This document shows, in pieces, positions 24,494 to 36,395 of a stretch of 64,000 bases of DNA. Source of the stretch: Octopus sinensis (lineage: Eukaryota); assembly GCF_006345805.1 (NCBI RefSeq), contig NC_043017.1, positions 13,144,001-13,208,000 of the forward strand, read 5' to 3'. Numbering within the stretch: the first letter of the stretch is position 1; each line of letters begins with the position of its first letter. Both the position numbers and the translations under genes were made by a program. The notes beneath the pieces are model-generated. The model was not told where the DNA came from. It did no database searches and worked only from the letters and a program-made list of their open reading frames with translations.

Positions 24494-24870
24494 GGCGCAG
24501 GAGTGGCTGTGTGGTAAGTAGCTTGCTTACCAACCACATGGTTCCGGGTTCAGTCCCACTGCGTGGCACCTTGGGCAAGTGTCTTCTACTATAGCTTCGG
24601 GCCGACCAAAGCCTTGTGAGTGGATTTGGTAGATGGAAACTGAAAGAAGCCTGTCGTATATATGCATGTGTGTGTTTGTCCCCCTAGCATTGCTTGACAA
24701 CCGATGCTAGTGTGTTTATGTCCCCGTTACTTAGCGGTTCGGCAAAAGAGACCGATAGAATAAGCACTGGGCTTACAAAAGAATAAGTCTCGGGGTCGAG
24801 TTGCTCGGTTAAAGGCGGTGCTCCAGCATGGCCGCAGTCAAATGACTGAAACAAGTAAAAGAGTAAAAGA
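24494..24870 (+). mobile_element. SINE family A (head-to-head with 23937-24358)
   Basis: Full-length. Confidence 0.9.
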
Positions 24871-24981
24871 AAAAGAGAGATAGAGACAGAGAGGGAGAAA
24901 GATTTTCTATTGCTGTCACAGATTTTGAAATTTTAAAATTAAATAAAAATTTTCAAATTTATCATATTGAGTACGTTTTTG

Positions 24982-25391
24982 GGATCTTTTCGGTTTGAAC
25001 GGCAGTTTTTTCTAGCGGTGTCATATGAAATTGTCACCTATAATTATGACCCTAGTATCGATCTATTGCATTTCAATCTGTTTTAGGGTTAGGGTTAGGG
25101 GGAAGGGTATCTTTTTTTCTTCACAAATGTAAATAAACCTAATCTGTTTCTTAAACGAGGGACATATTCATACGGCACAGAATGTTTTTACCTCAATAGA
25201 CGTCAGTGATTGGTTGAAATTGCAGAAATTGAAGAAAAAAAGCAACAAAAATCTTACAAACTATAGAATTTTCTCAATAAAGCCAAGAGAAAAAGATGTT
25301 TTATAAACACATTCTACCAGTATACGAAGTCTAAAATTTTTTAGTTACCTAGAAATTATGTTAAAAACTGCCGTTCAAACCGAAAAGATCC
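24982..25391. mobile_element. MITE with 24-bp TIR GGATCTTTTCGGTTTGAACGGCAG, copy 1
   Basis: Perfect TIRs; internal TTAGGG-like G-tract at 25084-25107. Confidence 0.88.
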
Positions 25392-26149
25392 CTTTTTTTT
25401 CTTACGATGAATTCGAGTTTTGTGATTCATTTATTTCAGAAAAAAATTTCAAAAACATATTACAGAGGTTTTAAAGCTTGATCATTTTTAGCCAATCAGA
25501 ATACAGGATGTCTAAGCTCAGCACTTTGCGTGTGATAAGCTGTGTATCATAAAATGAAAGTAATTCTAAACAAAATAAAAGCTATGCGTGAGAATTAATA
25601 CATAAACAGTGTGAAAGAGATAGTAAATAGAGACAGATTAATGGTGGGAGAGTTGTCAGTTTAAACGTGGAGTTATTTCCTGTAGCAAATGTTTTTTTCC
25701 ATTATTATTTACAGACGATGTTTCTGTATGGACGAGGACACATCTTTCGGGGCTAAAATACAGACATAACCCCTCATTTATATAGTAAGATAGATAGATA
25801 TAAATAATCAAGTATATGTGAGAGGATTTGTCGCTCTTTTTCTTAACATTGCGCAACTGTTATAAACAAACGTCACACAACATTTTATATTCTTTTATTC
25901 TTTTACTTGTTTCAGTCATTTGACTGCGGCCATGCTGGAGCACCGCCTATATGTATATGTATATATAAGAGAAATAACCTCTATTAAGCAATTCAATAGT
26001 GAAAGATATCCATATAGAAAATTTTTTTTAATATTTAAAAAAAAAACAATAAATAAACTAAACATTCACATTAAACATTGTCTCATATCACTGCAATCTT
26101 CAAATAATGGAATAAAATTTTTTTTTAATCCCTTATTAGTAAAATTGTT

Positions 26150-26236
26150 ATTATTATTTAGGTCACTGTCTGGAATTGAACTCGGAATCTTGGGGTCAGT
26201 AGCCCACACTCTTAACCACCACGCCATATGCCCATG
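26150..26236 (-). mobile_element. tRNA-like (Pol III) SINE head with AAT tail, inverted relative to the hammerhead array
   Basis: Minus strand gggcatatggcgtggtggttaagagtgtgggctactgaccccaagattccgagttcaattccag; A box TGGCGTGGTGG, B box GAGTTCAATTCC. Confidence 0.7.
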
Positions 26237-26284
26237 CGCATATGGCATAGTGGAATGAGAACCCAGGTTTGAAATTTCCCCCAA

Positions 26285-26330
26285 GACACCTGATGAAGGC
26301 TGGAGGGTACATCAACTGAAACGTTGTGTT
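26285..26330 (+). ncRNA. Minimal type-I hammerhead ribozyme motif, array copy 1
   Basis: GACAC-CUGAUGA-A-GGCUG(GAGGGUACAU)CAACU-GAAAC-GUU-GUGUU. Stem I is 5 bp; stem III is the loopless palindrome ACGU; stem II is imperfect (G.U, C.A); predicted cut after 26325. Confidence 0.7.
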
Positions 26331-26503
26331 AACAACAAACAAGATGAGGACAAATATCCGTCAAATGTAAATAATGTACATAATTCCTCATCTCTTAAAT
26401 ATAGAATAGTATTATTAGGAAAGGCATCTGGTCATAAAAACCAAGCCAAAACCATGCGCATATGGCATAGTGGATGAGAACCCAGGTTTGAAATTTCCCC
26501 CAA

Positions 26504-26549
26504 GACACCTGATGAAGGCTGGAGGGTACATCAACTGAAATGTTGTGTT
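26504..26549 (+). ncRNA. Minimal type-I hammerhead ribozyme motif, array copy 2
   Basis: Same as copy 1 but GAAAUGUU instead of GAAACGUU. Confidence 0.62.
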
Positions 26550-26720
26550 AACAACAACAAGATGAGACAAATATCCGTCAAATGTAAATAATGTACATAA
26601 TTCCTCATCTCTTAAATATAGAACGGTATTATTAGGAAAGGCATCTGGTCATAAAAACCAAGCAAAACCATGCGCATATGGCATAGTGGAATGAGAACCC
26701 AGGTTTGAAATTTCCCCCAA

Positions 26721-26766
26721 GACACCTGATGAAGGCTGGAGGGTACATCAACTGAAATGTTGTGTT
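26721..26766 (+). ncRNA. Minimal type-I hammerhead ribozyme motif, array copy 3
   Basis: Same motif as copy 2 (GAAAUGUU). Confidence 0.62.
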
Positions 26767-27280
26767 AACAACAAACAAGATGAGGACAAATATCCGTCAA
26801 ATGTAAAATAATGTACATAATTCCTCATCTCTTAAATATAGAACGGTATTATTAGGAAAGGCATCTGGTCATAAAAACCAAGCCAAAACAGTCTATTGAA
26901 CCTGGTGAGGTTCCTGGCCTTGCAAGTTCCTGTCAAGCTGTTTAACCCATGGCAGCATGGAAAACAGATGTTGATGATGATGATGATAGTATATACATGT
27001 CAGTGTGCAAGCATGTGTTACTTCATTACATGACAGTTGTAAACAAATGTTGCAATCATGCATGGGGGGGGGTACATTTCCAGTTTTCCATGAAAACCTA
27101 TCTGACCAATATTAGACTGCTTGGAAACAAGTGAGAGTTGGCAACAGCAAAGGTATCCGTCTGTAGGAAACTTGCCTCAATGAATTCCATCTAAGTCCTG
27201 CATGAAAAAGTGAACATTAAACAAAGATGATGATAAAACAATTAACAAAATATGTTTATCAGCAACAGAGGCAGTATTGA

Positions 27281-27679
27281 CCCTTTAGCATTTAATCCGG
27301 CCATATCCGGCCCAAATTTTCCACTTGTTTTATGTTAAAACTGACTGGATCCAACCTCTCACACCTACCCTACAATCTCATTTTAAAAATATGGCACGTA
27401 AAAAGCACCCACTACACTCACGGAGTGGTTGGCGTTAAGAAGGGCATCCAGCTGTAGAAACATTGCCAGATAAGACTGGAGCCTGGTGCAGCCTTCTGGC
27501 TTCCCAGATCCCCGGTCGAACCGTCCAACCCATGCTAGCATGGAGAACGAACGTTAAACAATGATGATGATGATAGCTACACCATTAAATTTTAAAGTTA
27601 CCAAATAATATGTGATCAATTCAAAACAGTATGAATAAATAAGCAATAAATTTCACAAAGAAATCTGAATGCTAAAGGG
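27281..27679. mobile_element. piggyBac-like MITE family 2 (CCCTTTAGCATT TIR), interrupted by a family-C copy
   Basis: ttga|ccctttagcatt ... aatgctaaaggg|ttaa. Confidence 0.75.
27392..27574 (+). mobile_element. Family C nested in a piggyBac-like MITE
   Basis: 5'-truncated copy. Confidence 0.9.
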
Positions 27680-28577
27680 TTAATATACAGAGGCAATATT
27701 TCTCTTAGAATTAATTATCAAACGCTCTAGAACTGAAAAATATCTAAATACTTAATCCTTTTAGTAATCAGAAGTATCCTTCAACAAGTGAACAGCCATG
27801 TTGATTTGAGGAAGGGAACAACCAATTATATTGATTTCAGTACTCAACTGGTCTCTATTTTATCAACCCAAGAAGCTGACCTTAGCAAGAAAGATTTGAA
27901 CTCTTAATATATGTAGTGAAATCCCACAAGATATTTTGTCTGGCGTTTTAATGTTCTTTTCAATCAATTCAGTTACAAAGAAATTAAAATACTATAGAAA
28001 CTACGTTCATGCTCGTCTACATATAAATATTTTCTATCAGATTGTTGTTGATTACAATAGTTTGTTGTGTGAAAGACATTTCAAAACCGACTGCAAAACA
28101 ATAGAAATATATTCACACACACATAGTGCACACTGACACAATTACTTCTTTCAAATATCGGTCACTATAATGAAGATCATATCTGATTGTATTTTACATT
28201 ACTGTATGTGATCATACATAACAAAATATATCCACATACACACAAACATATACCATATATGATGGTACGTAAAATACTTTGGTCTTCAAAATGTTGTAAA
28301 AAGAAAAGAAAAAAAGCAGGCCTTACATGGGAAATTTTAGTCTATGCAACATACTTTAATGCACTAAAAAAAAAAACTTTTTCCTGAATAGGCATGCAGA
28401 AATCAGGGTGTGTTTAATATGCCCATTCATTTTTTTCTACCATCCAGAAAGGAACTATTTTTTACTTGTTTCAGTTACTGGCTGGGGTTGTGCAGAGGCC
28501 TTGCCCTGAAGGGTTTAGTTGATTGACTAAACCCCAGTACTTATTGTAACAGTCTTCTTTTACTGTACTACTAAGCT

Positions 28578-29003
28578 ATCATCATCATCGTTTAACGTCC
28601 GTTCTCCATGCTAGCATGGGTTGGACGGTTCGACCGGGGATCTGGGAAGCCAGAAGGCTGCACCAGGCTCCAGTCTTATCTGGCAATGTTTCTACAGCTG
28701 GATGCCCTTCCTAACGCCAACTACTCCGTGAGTGTAGTGGGTGCTTTTTACGTGCCACCTGCACTGGTGCCAGGCGAGGCTGGCATCGGCCACGGTCGGA
28801 TTGGTGCATTTTACGTGCCACCTGCACGGAAGCTAGTCGAGGCGGCACTGGCTTTGGATGGTGCTTTTTACATGCCACCAACACGGAAGCCAGTCGAGGC
28901 GGCACTGGCATCGGCCACGATTCGGATAGTGCTTTTTACGTATCTCCAGTCCAGGGGTCCTGGCATCTGCCGGGTGCCAGTCATAGGATTGGTTCAATTT
29001 CGA
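28578..29003 (-). mobile_element. Family C, long copy
   Basis: Four (gt)gc(t/a)ttttac modules. Confidence 0.88.
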
Positions 29004-29274
29004 TATGGATATGCAAACAAACAAACACCAGTTGTCAACAGAGGAGAGGATAACCACAGCTTGATAATGCACATACGTGTGTGCACACACACAGACACAT
29101 ACACACTACAGGTTTCTGTGCAGTTTCCATCTACTAAATTCACTCATGAGGTATAGGTCAGTTCAGGGCTATTGTAGAGAGTTGTGCAATGGGAGTGAAA
29201 CCAAAGTCACATGATTGCAAAGCAAACTGCATAGCTATGCCTGCATTTATAAATGAATAACTTACAGACTACAT

Positions 29275-29770
29275 CCAATCCATACAGACACTGAACAGAA
29301 TGGGAGCCAAAACACAACCCTGATAGACCCCCCAAATCTAATTGGGAAGAAGTGAGATGTTGAGGCCCTAATCTGAGCTGTGCTCACTGTTGCATCAGCC
29401 CAACCACTCGCAAAGGCATACCTCACAGCTCCAGTATCCTCTAAAGTACATCACTGTAGAACAACTTGCAATAGGACGCCTTGGAGTCAACACTAAGTAG
29501 AAAGTGTTGCAGAAGTCAACATAAGCTGCAAAGAGCTCCTACAAAGAACTCCATCTGCATTCAATGAGTACATGGAGAGACAGGATCTTGTTAGAAATTG
29601 ACTTCTTTTAGCATGAACCCTGACTGCGTTGACCATTAAGAAGCAAGCTATTATCCTGTAAGCAGTATGTGAGCCACAAGCACTGGAGAGGCTTTGTTCC
29701 CCTAAGCACAGCTGTTCCTCTATAGACAGTATACAAGCCAGAAGAGTGCAATCAACTCTCGACCTCTTCA
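29275..29770 (-). pseudogene. Reverse-transcriptase fragment of an RTE-like LINE (frameshifted)
   Basis: Minus strand encodes QSGFM.K, ELFAAYVDFCNTF (29515-29529 region) and QGCVLAPILFSVCMDW (29275-29322) in the expected RT order. Confidence 0.82.
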
Positions 29771-30021
29771 CAGGTACCTCAAACCTATTATTGATCCTGA
29801 AATTTGTTTTTTCTACCTACCATTGGATGCTCAAACCTTACTAACTTCATGTACCTAGATCATTGGACCTTACAAGTACTATATAAATAAATAATAGCAG
29901 GCCTCTGGACATGAATATATATATAAAAATATCAAGCCTCTATACATGAAAATATATATATATATATATAATATATATACAATAAATTCAGGGTGAATAC
30001 TTGATAAATGCAGCCTTGTAC

Positions 30022-30114
30022 GCGGCTGAAGAAGGCTTTTGATCTACCTGTTATATCAATTATGCATTGATATAAGAATAAGTTGTTCAATAAAGCCTGA
30101 AACATATGTACCGC
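30022..30114 (+). ncRNA. Type-I hammerhead ribozyme motif with complete core
   Basis: GCGG-CUGAAGA-AGGCUUU...AAAGCCU-GAAAC-AUAU-GUA-CCGC. Stem I is 4 GC bp, stem II is 7 bp, stem III is the palindrome ACAUAUGU. Loop 2 carries a perfect 10-bp hairpin (ttatatcaat/attgatataa). Predicted cut after 30110. Confidence 0.75.
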
Positions 30115-30141
30115 AAAATCCTTTGCATCCTGTTTTTCTTT

Positions 30142-30181
<40 letters not shown>

Positions 30182-30203
30182 TAACAGGCCTCTATACATG
30201 AAT

Positions 30204-30380
30204 ATCATCATCGTTTAGCATCCGCTTTCCATGCTAGCATGGGTTGGACGGTTCAACTGGGGTCTGTGAAGCCGGAAGGCTTCATCAGGCCTAGTCAGAT
30301 CTGGCAGTGTTTCTACAGCTGGATGCCCTTCCTAACACCAACCACTCCATGAGTGTAGTGGGTGCTTTTTACGTGCCACC
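30204..30380 (-). mobile_element. Family C
   Basis: Truncated copy. Confidence 0.88.
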
Positions 30381-30794
30381 CGCATACATTTCAATATTCA
30401 TGGTCAAGTTACTATTTTTCTGTTAAACAGACTGAAGATATTTAAAATATTTTCAAGTATCAACACCCAAGAATTCATTATCGTTTCCCCACTTTGAGTG
30501 CTCTAAAGGGTCCCATTTACTCATGAAGTAGTTACTTGTTCCCATACAAGATATTTTTCGGGACCGACACATATGCAACCCTATGTATATACACATATAC
30601 AATGTAACACATACACACATATATAGATACAGGCATGGCAGTACGGTTCAGAAACTTGCTTCTCAGTCACATAGCTTTAGGTTCAGTCCCAGTGTATGGC
30701 ACTGTGGGCCATTGTCTTCTACAGTCTCAGGCCAACCTAAGCTTTGTGAATGGATATGTGATAGATGGACACTGAAGGAAACCCAACGTATCAA

Positions 30795-31029
30795 GGCGGT
30801 GAGCTGGCAGAAACGTTAGCACGCCAGGCCAAATGCGTAGCAGTATTTCGTCTGCCATTACGTTCTGGGTTCAAATTCCGCCGTGGTTGACTTTGCCTTT
30901 CATCCTTTCGGGGTCGATAAATTAAGTACCAGTTACGCACTGGGGTTGATGCAATCGACTTAATCCGTTTGTCTGTCCTCGTTTGTCCCCTCTGCGTTTA
31001 GCCCCTTGTGGGTAGTAAAGAAATATGTA
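30795..31029 (+). mobile_element. SINE family B nested in an old family-A relic
   Basis: Full-length; flanks continue a degenerate A core. Confidence 0.88.
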
Positions 31030-31125
31030 TAGGTGTGTGCATGTTTAGGTCTCCCTGTCATCATACATGCCTCAATGAATACTATCTGTACCATACAAAC
31101 ATGAAAGAGCAGCTGTTAAAAATGA

Positions 31126-31176
<51 letters not shown>

Positions 31177-31177
<1 letters not shown>

Positions 31178-31580
31178 CGCAGGAGTGGCTGTGTGGTAAG
31201 TAGCTTGTTTACCAACCACATGGTTCCGGGTTCAGTCCCACTGCGTGGCACCTTGGGCAAGTATCTTCTATTATAGCCTTGGGCCGACCAAAGCCTTGTG
31301 AGTGGATTTGGTAGATGGAAACTGAAAAGAAGCCCGTCGTATATATGTGTGTGTGTATGTATATATATATGCATGTGTGTGTTTGTCTCCCTAGCATTGC
31401 TTGACAACCAATGCTGGTGTGTTTATGTCCCCGTTACTTAGCGGTTCGGCAAAAGAGACCGATAGAATAAGTACTGGGCTTACAAAAGAATAAGTCCCGG
31501 GGACGAGTTGCTCGATTAAAGGTGGTGCTCCAGCATGGCCGCAGTCAGATGACTGAAACAAGTAAAAGAGCAAAAGAGAG
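31177..31580 (+). mobile_element. SINE family A between (TA)n tracts
   Basis: Full-length. Confidence 0.9.
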
Positions 31581-31643
<63 letters not shown>

Positions 31644-31979
31644 TAACACACACACATGCACAAATCTATGGTAGTAGCTAGAAACAGCAATGATTCACTA
31701 GAGCGTCACTTTTAAGCACTCATACAAGTTTAATTCTAACTGTACAACTAAAAATAACGTTGGATTATGTCTTTGTACCAGGATATGGAATCCCAAAATG
31801 TCAATTTATTCAGAATAAAATAACTACCAAGAAACACTTGACAAACAAACTATAACCATTGACTTTGGTGACCTAGAAAATGGTATTTTTCAATAGGACG
31901 TCATTCGTTGTGATACAGTGAGTAGCATGCCTGTGAGCTGGATTGGAGTGCTTTGGCAAGCTACTCCACTGAAATGTGG

Positions 31980-32470
31980 ATATATACACACACATATACA
32001 TACATACACATATATATACATATACATATATACACACATATACATACATACACATATATACACACATATACATACATACACATATATATACATATACATA
32101 TATATACACATATATACATACATATACATATATATACACATATACATATATATACACATATATACATATATATACACATATATACATATATATACACATA
32201 TATACACATATATACATATATATATATATATATATATTATATACATATACACACAGCTATGTCTAAATATATATTTAGATTTGTCTCTAAATACACACAT
32301 ACACACACAAATATATATATATATACACACACACACACTTATACATACATACACACACACAACAAATATATATATATATATACACACATACACATATATA
32401 TACATACACACACACATATATAAACACACAAATATATATATAATATATACACACACACACACACACATTA
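31980..32470. repeat. (TA/CA)n compound microsatellite
   Basis: Direct inspection. Confidence 0.95.
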
Positions 32471-33114
32471 CTATGTGACTACCCTCTATAGAGAGAGAGA
32501 AAGAGAGAGGGGGGGAGGCTTTAGCGTGGGTAGGTTTCCTTCCTAAACACATGGTTCTAGGTTCAGTCCCACTGCGTGGTACCTTGGTAAAGTGCCTTCT
32601 ACAATAGCTCCAGGGCCAGAGAGGATCTGGTAGATGGAGACTGAAAGAAGCTCATCATGTATATGTGTGTGGTGTGTGCGACCACCGCTTGACAACCGGT
32701 GTTGGTTTGTTTATGTCCCGATTACTTGGCAGTTCAGCAAAAGAGACCAATAAGGTAAGTTACTAGGTTTTAAAATGTAAATATCCTGGAGTCAATTCAT
32801 TCAACTAAAAATTTGTGTTGCCCCAGCATGGCCATAGTCTGACTGAAACAAGTAGAAGATAGATATATATATCTGAGAAGATTGTTTCTGAGGGAGAAGC
32901 CATAAAACCTACATACTCAAGACATAGATCTTCTCAAGTGCCCAGGAGGCACTTTAGTGACAGTAGATAGAATCTACTACCTATGAGGCTTAATTAGTTG
33001 TGGAGTAGTATGAACAGAAAATGTAATTACTAGAATAAGAACAAGACAGAAAATTTAGAGAGCTTTTACAGGGCAACCAAAGGTTTTTTGCTCCATGTGA
33101 AAGGAAGATTGTAT

Positions 33115-33536
33115 GATGCATGCTTATGAACAGCAATGCTACATATGGACGTTATCAAAGAAGCTTGAGAGGCGGTTGGACGGAACCTACACTTGCCTCC
33201 TTATGAGAGCTCAAAATCTCTCGTGGAAGCGCCATCCAACCAAAATGCAAATATATGGGAAACTACCACCTGTGTCATCTCTTGTGAAAGGTAGGAGAGT
33301 CCAGTTTGCTGGACATTGTTGTAGAGCTGAAAAAGAGATAATTTCTACTCTTCTCCTCTGGAAGCCATCTACTCGCAGTACCAGAGGGCGCACGCTCTCC
33401 TACCCTGATGTAATCTCCAGGGATACAGGCATCCAGCAACAGGACCTCCGTAATGCCATGATGGACCGTGAAGTCTGGCGTAGCATGGTAAATTCCATTG
33501 TCTCGACCACGGTCGAACAATGATGACGATGATGAA
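33115..33536 (+). pseudogene. 5'-truncated RTE-like LINE 3' end, open frame to stop, (GAT)n tail
   Basis: RRLDGTYTCLLMRAQNLSWKRH...RRVQFAGHCCR...RGRTLSY...DREVWR is a typical non-LTR ORF2 C-terminus. Confidence 0.85.
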
Positions 33537-33751
33537 TGCTACATGGTAGTGAGACATGGGCTCTGAATGTTCAGCATACACAAGTTAATGTGTGAAAAAC
33601 AAAATAGGAATTTTGAAGGTATCTTTAAAACTTTCCTTTTTTATTGAATGCTTTACTTAGAAGAGAAAAATGGCCCTGCTCTCAATGACATGGGTTGAGA
33701 ACTACAGGTAAACATGGGTTTTGGGGAGCATTTGCTTTGTTTTCTTCAACA

Positions 33752-34135
33752 GGCGCAGGAGTGGCTGTGTGGTAAGTAGCTTGCTAACCAACCACATGGT
33801 TCCGGTTCAGTCCCACTGCATGGCATCTTGGGCAAGTGTCTTCTGCTATAGCCTCGGGCCGACCAATGCCTTGTGAGTGGATTTGGTAGACGGAAACTGA
33901 AAGAAGCCTATCGCATATATGTATGTGTGTGTGTGTGTGTGTCTGTGTTTGTCCCCCTAGCATTGCTTGACAACCGATACTGGTGTGTTTACGTCCCCGT
34001 CACTTAGCGGTTCGGCAAAAAGAGACCGATAGAATAAGTACTAGGCTTACAAAAAATAAGTCCCGGGGTCGATTTGCTCGACTAAAGGCGGTGCTCCAGC
34101 ATGGCCGCAGTCAAATGACTGAAGCAAGTAAAGAG
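33752..34135 (+). mobile_element. SINE family A
   Basis: Full-length. Confidence 0.9.
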
Positions 34136-34995
34136 AGCATAGTCTGAGAAAGGCCAGATCTCTGATCATTTTTGAGTATTCTGAGACAAGTAAAAGAAAT
34201 CAAGGACCAGAAACCCAGGTCAGATGTTTGCATCAGGATGCAGTCTGCTAAAGATGCTCAGGATCCAGAGAGTAGTGTAAAACCAGGGAAAATTCTGAGG
34301 GATGATTTGGTATATTTTCTAGTTTAGGTTGTGGAAGGTTGGACACAGTATGAATGGTTTTATTATTACCCACAAGGGACAATACAATCTGATGTGGGGT
34401 CAGATACACGAATGGGATTACACAAAGGTTGGACACAGTATGAATGACAAGTCAGTCAGATAAACCTCAATGGAGATGGCATAACCAGCTCCTGTAGTAG
34501 CAGTAGAAATGGTAAAATCAGGAGGCAGTATGTCTACGGACAAGGGGTCAATGTTTTAAGCAACTCCATGTCTGTCTTCGAATTAAAAAATAAAAGATAT
34601 GACCATCGCATCTTTTTGTTTATCCATGACTACATTATTCTGGGGTTTTTTTTTCTACCCCCACATCAGGAGTGACTACTCAAGACATTTATACTCCTCG
34701 GGAGTATATACTGCACATCAAGAGTGGTTGCTCATAGAGGGATGTGTACACCACAGGAATTTATAACACATCTCATTCAAAACAAACAATTACATCATTG
34801 AAACTTCTAAGCTACACAATAATGCATGATTAATTCAAAACAATGTAAATAAATGTTACTTACATTTGACAGATAACCTGAATGTTAAAGGGTTAACTAG
34901 TGCTGCCCAGAGAAGGCTTTGATCAGAGATCTGCTAACAACCGTTTTGCCAAACACAAATTTTGATTGAGTTATTGAGTGTAAATTTTTCCATCA

Positions 34996-35447
34996 CATCA
35001 TCATCATCATTTAGCGTCTGCTTTCCATGCTAGCATGGGTTGGACGGTTCAACTGGGGTCTGTGAAGCCAGAAGGCTGCATCAGGCCCAATCTGATCTGG
35101 CAGTGTTTCTACGGCTGGATGCCCTTCCTAACGCCAACCACTCCGTGAGTGTAGTGGGTGCTTTTTACATGCCACGAACAGATGGTGCTTTTTACGTGCC
35201 ACGAACAGATGGTGCTTTTTACGTGCCACGAACAGATGGTGCTTTTTACGTGCCACGAACGGATGGTGCTTTTTACGTGCCACCGGCACGGGGGCCAGGC
35301 GAGCCTGGTAAGGGCCACGAACGGATGGTGCTTTTTACGTGCCACCAGCATGGGGGCCAGGCGAGGCTGGCAACGGCCACGAACGGACGGTGGTGCCAGA
35401 CGGGTCTGGCAAACGGCCACAAACGGATGGTGCTTTTTACATGCCAC
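34996..35447 (-). mobile_element. Family C with an internal 27-bp minisatellite expansion
   Basis: gtgctttttac at 35158, 35185, 35212, 35239, 35266, 35328 and 35430. Confidence 0.9.
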
Positions 35448-35469
35448 ATATCTTTAAAAAAATGTTTCA

Positions 35470-35682
35470 CCCTTTAGCATTCCGATTACTCTGTCAAATG
35501 TAATACGTATTCACTCACATGGATTTGAATTAATCATGCATCATCTTTGTAGCTTTGAGATTTCAATGTGAATGTTTTAAATGACATTGTTAGGTAAGTG
35601 TGAGAAACCAGATCTGGCCACTTTGCTCATTAAACAGGAAGACAATTTTGGGCCAGATATGGCCAGTTTAAATGCCGATGGC
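35470..35682. mobile_element. piggyBac-like MITE family 2, opposite orientation, degenerate
   Basis: ccctttagcattc ... gccagatatggccagtttaaatgccgatggc|ttaa. Confidence 0.6.
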
Positions 35683-36395
35683 TTAAAGAAACTTGTGTTG
35701 TAAGTTGATAAATACAACTATTTTTTGTACCATTTTCTTGGCATTGTATCTCAATTCGGAAATAGTGGGAAGTCTTGAAATGTTAAATCAAAACAAAAAA
35801 TAATGGGTGGGTTACATTTTAGAATGATTCTTTTCTCTACAATGAGAAATATCTTGATCTTATCAGTTTTAATTAATATTTTCTAGTTGGGGATTGATTG
35901 TTCTATGAATAACGAGAGAAAAAAAGGAAAAATTCTAAAAACAATAGTTGAGGAGATATTTATATAGAGAGGTGCATGTGTGGCTGAGTGGTTAAGGAAT
36001 TTACTTCCTAACAATCTTGTCTTAAGTTCAATCCCACTGCACAGCACCTTGGGCAAGTGCATTCTACTATATCCACTGGGCAACCAAAGTAGTACAAGTG
36101 GATCTAGTAGGAGGAAACTGAAAGAAGCCTGTCATATGTATGTGTGTGTACCCTTGTCTGGACATCACATGATAGTTATAAACGAGCATCATCATACAAG
36201 TAGGGTTGTTCTTTTTCAGTCTGCCATGTAAAATGTATCTGGCCACAGGGAAAATAATACCTTGCTTGGAAACAGGTAGAGTATCCCTCTGAAGAACATC
36301 TGCCTTGAATTCTCTCCGACTCATGTAAGCATGGAAAAATGGATGTTAAATGAAATTGCAGAAGAGAGACGACGAAAGACTAGTAACCTTTTTAA

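Larger units (their letters stand above)
26232..26888 (+). repeat. Tandem array of 3 x ~218 bp, each unit carrying a hammerhead motif (retrozyme/Penelope pLTR-like)
   Basis: Units start CCATGCGCATATGG at 26232, 26452 and 26668; copies are near-identical. Confidence 0.9.

Noticed and set aside
31873-32552. Long ORFs rich in Y/I/H/T or C/V/M (also 6157-6492, 43080-44077)
   Set aside because: These are translations of (TA/CA)n microsatellites, open in several frames, with no coding signal.
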